A DNA stretch of 64,000 bases from Owenia fusiformis. Lineage: Eukaryota. The stretch is taken from contig CAIIXF020000001.1 of assembly GCA_903813345.2 (NCBI GenBank), positions 27,342,001-27,406,000 of the forward strand, read 5' to 3'. Positions 63,401 through 64,000 of this stretch are shown here, one piece after another. The position numbers and the translations under genes are program-made. Each line of letters starts with the position of its first letter. The stretch's first letter is position 1. The notes under the pieces were generated by a model. It did no database searches, was not told the DNA's origin, and saw only the letters and a program-made list of their open reading frames with translations.

Positions 63401-63740
63401 GCATGTTTTTGTAAAATGACCCTAAAAGCATGACCATTAAAACTCAGTGAAACTTAATAGAAGGAAAGAACATTGAACAAGGTTTGATTGTTTCAAATAT
63501 GATTTAAAAGAGTAGTCAGAAAAATCAAGTGGAACACCGTAAATGTGGTTATTTACATAAACATTGCTAACGATGTTTATATCTCTGCATCAAATGTGTT
63601 CGAATCTCATGCGAATACAAAGATGATCTCTAAGTGGAGGCGTTATACTTACAGCTGTTATTAATCCTTGTACTGTGCTTTTCAGGTACGCTAGATATGT
63701 AGCATTGTCATTTTCATCCCAAACGCTTCCAATGGATATA
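54406..63740 (-). CDS. Second S8A proteinase-K-like protease (tandem paralog); last 7 exons only, 5' part beyond the window
   Basis: Exons 63740-63653, 62015-61939, 61645-61564, 61189-61132, 60494-60469, 54996-54923, 54487-54406, with the same intron positions and phases as the first copy. Motifs NISIG, AGGN..DAC..PA, SSYGSCIDVVAP, GTSMST, GAMAAYWH.NPNKT and GTPNRLL. AATAAA lies on the - strand at 54338-54343. Confidence 0.9.
57284..57691. mobile_element. Transib-like MITE (CAC termini, 5-bp TSD) nested in the MULE
   Basis: CACAT|CACGCGG ... CCGCGTG|CACAT, with about 120-bp near-perfect inverted arms. Confidence 0.75.
57809..58350. mobile_element. PIF/Harbinger-like foldback MITE (TTA TSD) nested in the MULE
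   Basis: TTA|TCACTACTACCCACCTAGTTACACAGACG ... CGTCTGTGTAACTAGGTGGGTAGCAGTGA|TTA. Nearly the whole 542 bp is palindromic. Confidence 0.85.
62038..63115. mobile_element. Transib-like non-autonomous element
   Basis: CAATG|CACACCTAGCCATCG ... CGATGGTTAGGCGTG|CAATC. TIRs are about 70 bp and the 5-bp TSD matches at 4 of 5 positions. Confidence 0.7.
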
Positions 63741-64000
63741 CTACAATATATTTGGAATTTTAACAAGGCACAGGGTGAACAATATCGTACCTAAAATATA
63801 GCAGTGTGGGCTTGTTGACCCAGAAAGCAAAATGGCCGCCGAAAAGTTAATCAGCTCTAGAACCTCTTACCATGTAACATGTGTAAAAATTAGAAGTAAA
63901 TCCGTTAGGTGGTTTTCCTGGAATCGCGATGATAAGATTTATCAAAAAACTTCTAAAATGGCCGCCAGAATGCAAGATGGCCGTCGAAAAGTTAATCAGC

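Overview
AT-rich, intron-rich eukaryotic genomic DNA from an invertebrate (probably a lophotrochozoan such as a mollusc; this is inference only). I reconstructed five genes by hand from GT-AG splice sites and reading-frame phase. They are: (1) an ADAR2-type A-to-I RNA editase (+, 5' end uncertain); (2) an intronless ZDHHC22-like palmitoyltransferase (-); (3) a head-to-head 12-coding-exon PRDM15/PRDM10-like PR/SET zinc-finger gene (+, about 1755 aa); (4) a complete 17-exon secreted proteinase-K-type S8 protease (-, 435 aa), largely missed by the ORF track; (5) the 3' part of a tandem paralog of that protease. Non-coding DNA is rich in non-autonomous DNA transposons, several with readable target-site duplications (TSDs): a 6.2 kb CACTA-like element carrying a ~4 kb 24-bp satellite, a 5.1 kb Mutator-like element with nested MITEs, Transib-, Harbinger- and Tc1-like MITEs, a Helentron-like HINE and a tRNA-derived SINE. 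The most striking unexplained structure is a long RNA hairpin enclosing the ADAR gene's own last codon and stop codon. It has an A-C mismatch on the last Ser codon and an in-frame 16-codon read-through extension ending in a PDZ-type motif. A second A-C-containing hairpin in the 3' UTR and a candidate Tyr-rich cassette exon accompany it, and together they suggest a possible ADAR autoregulatory module.
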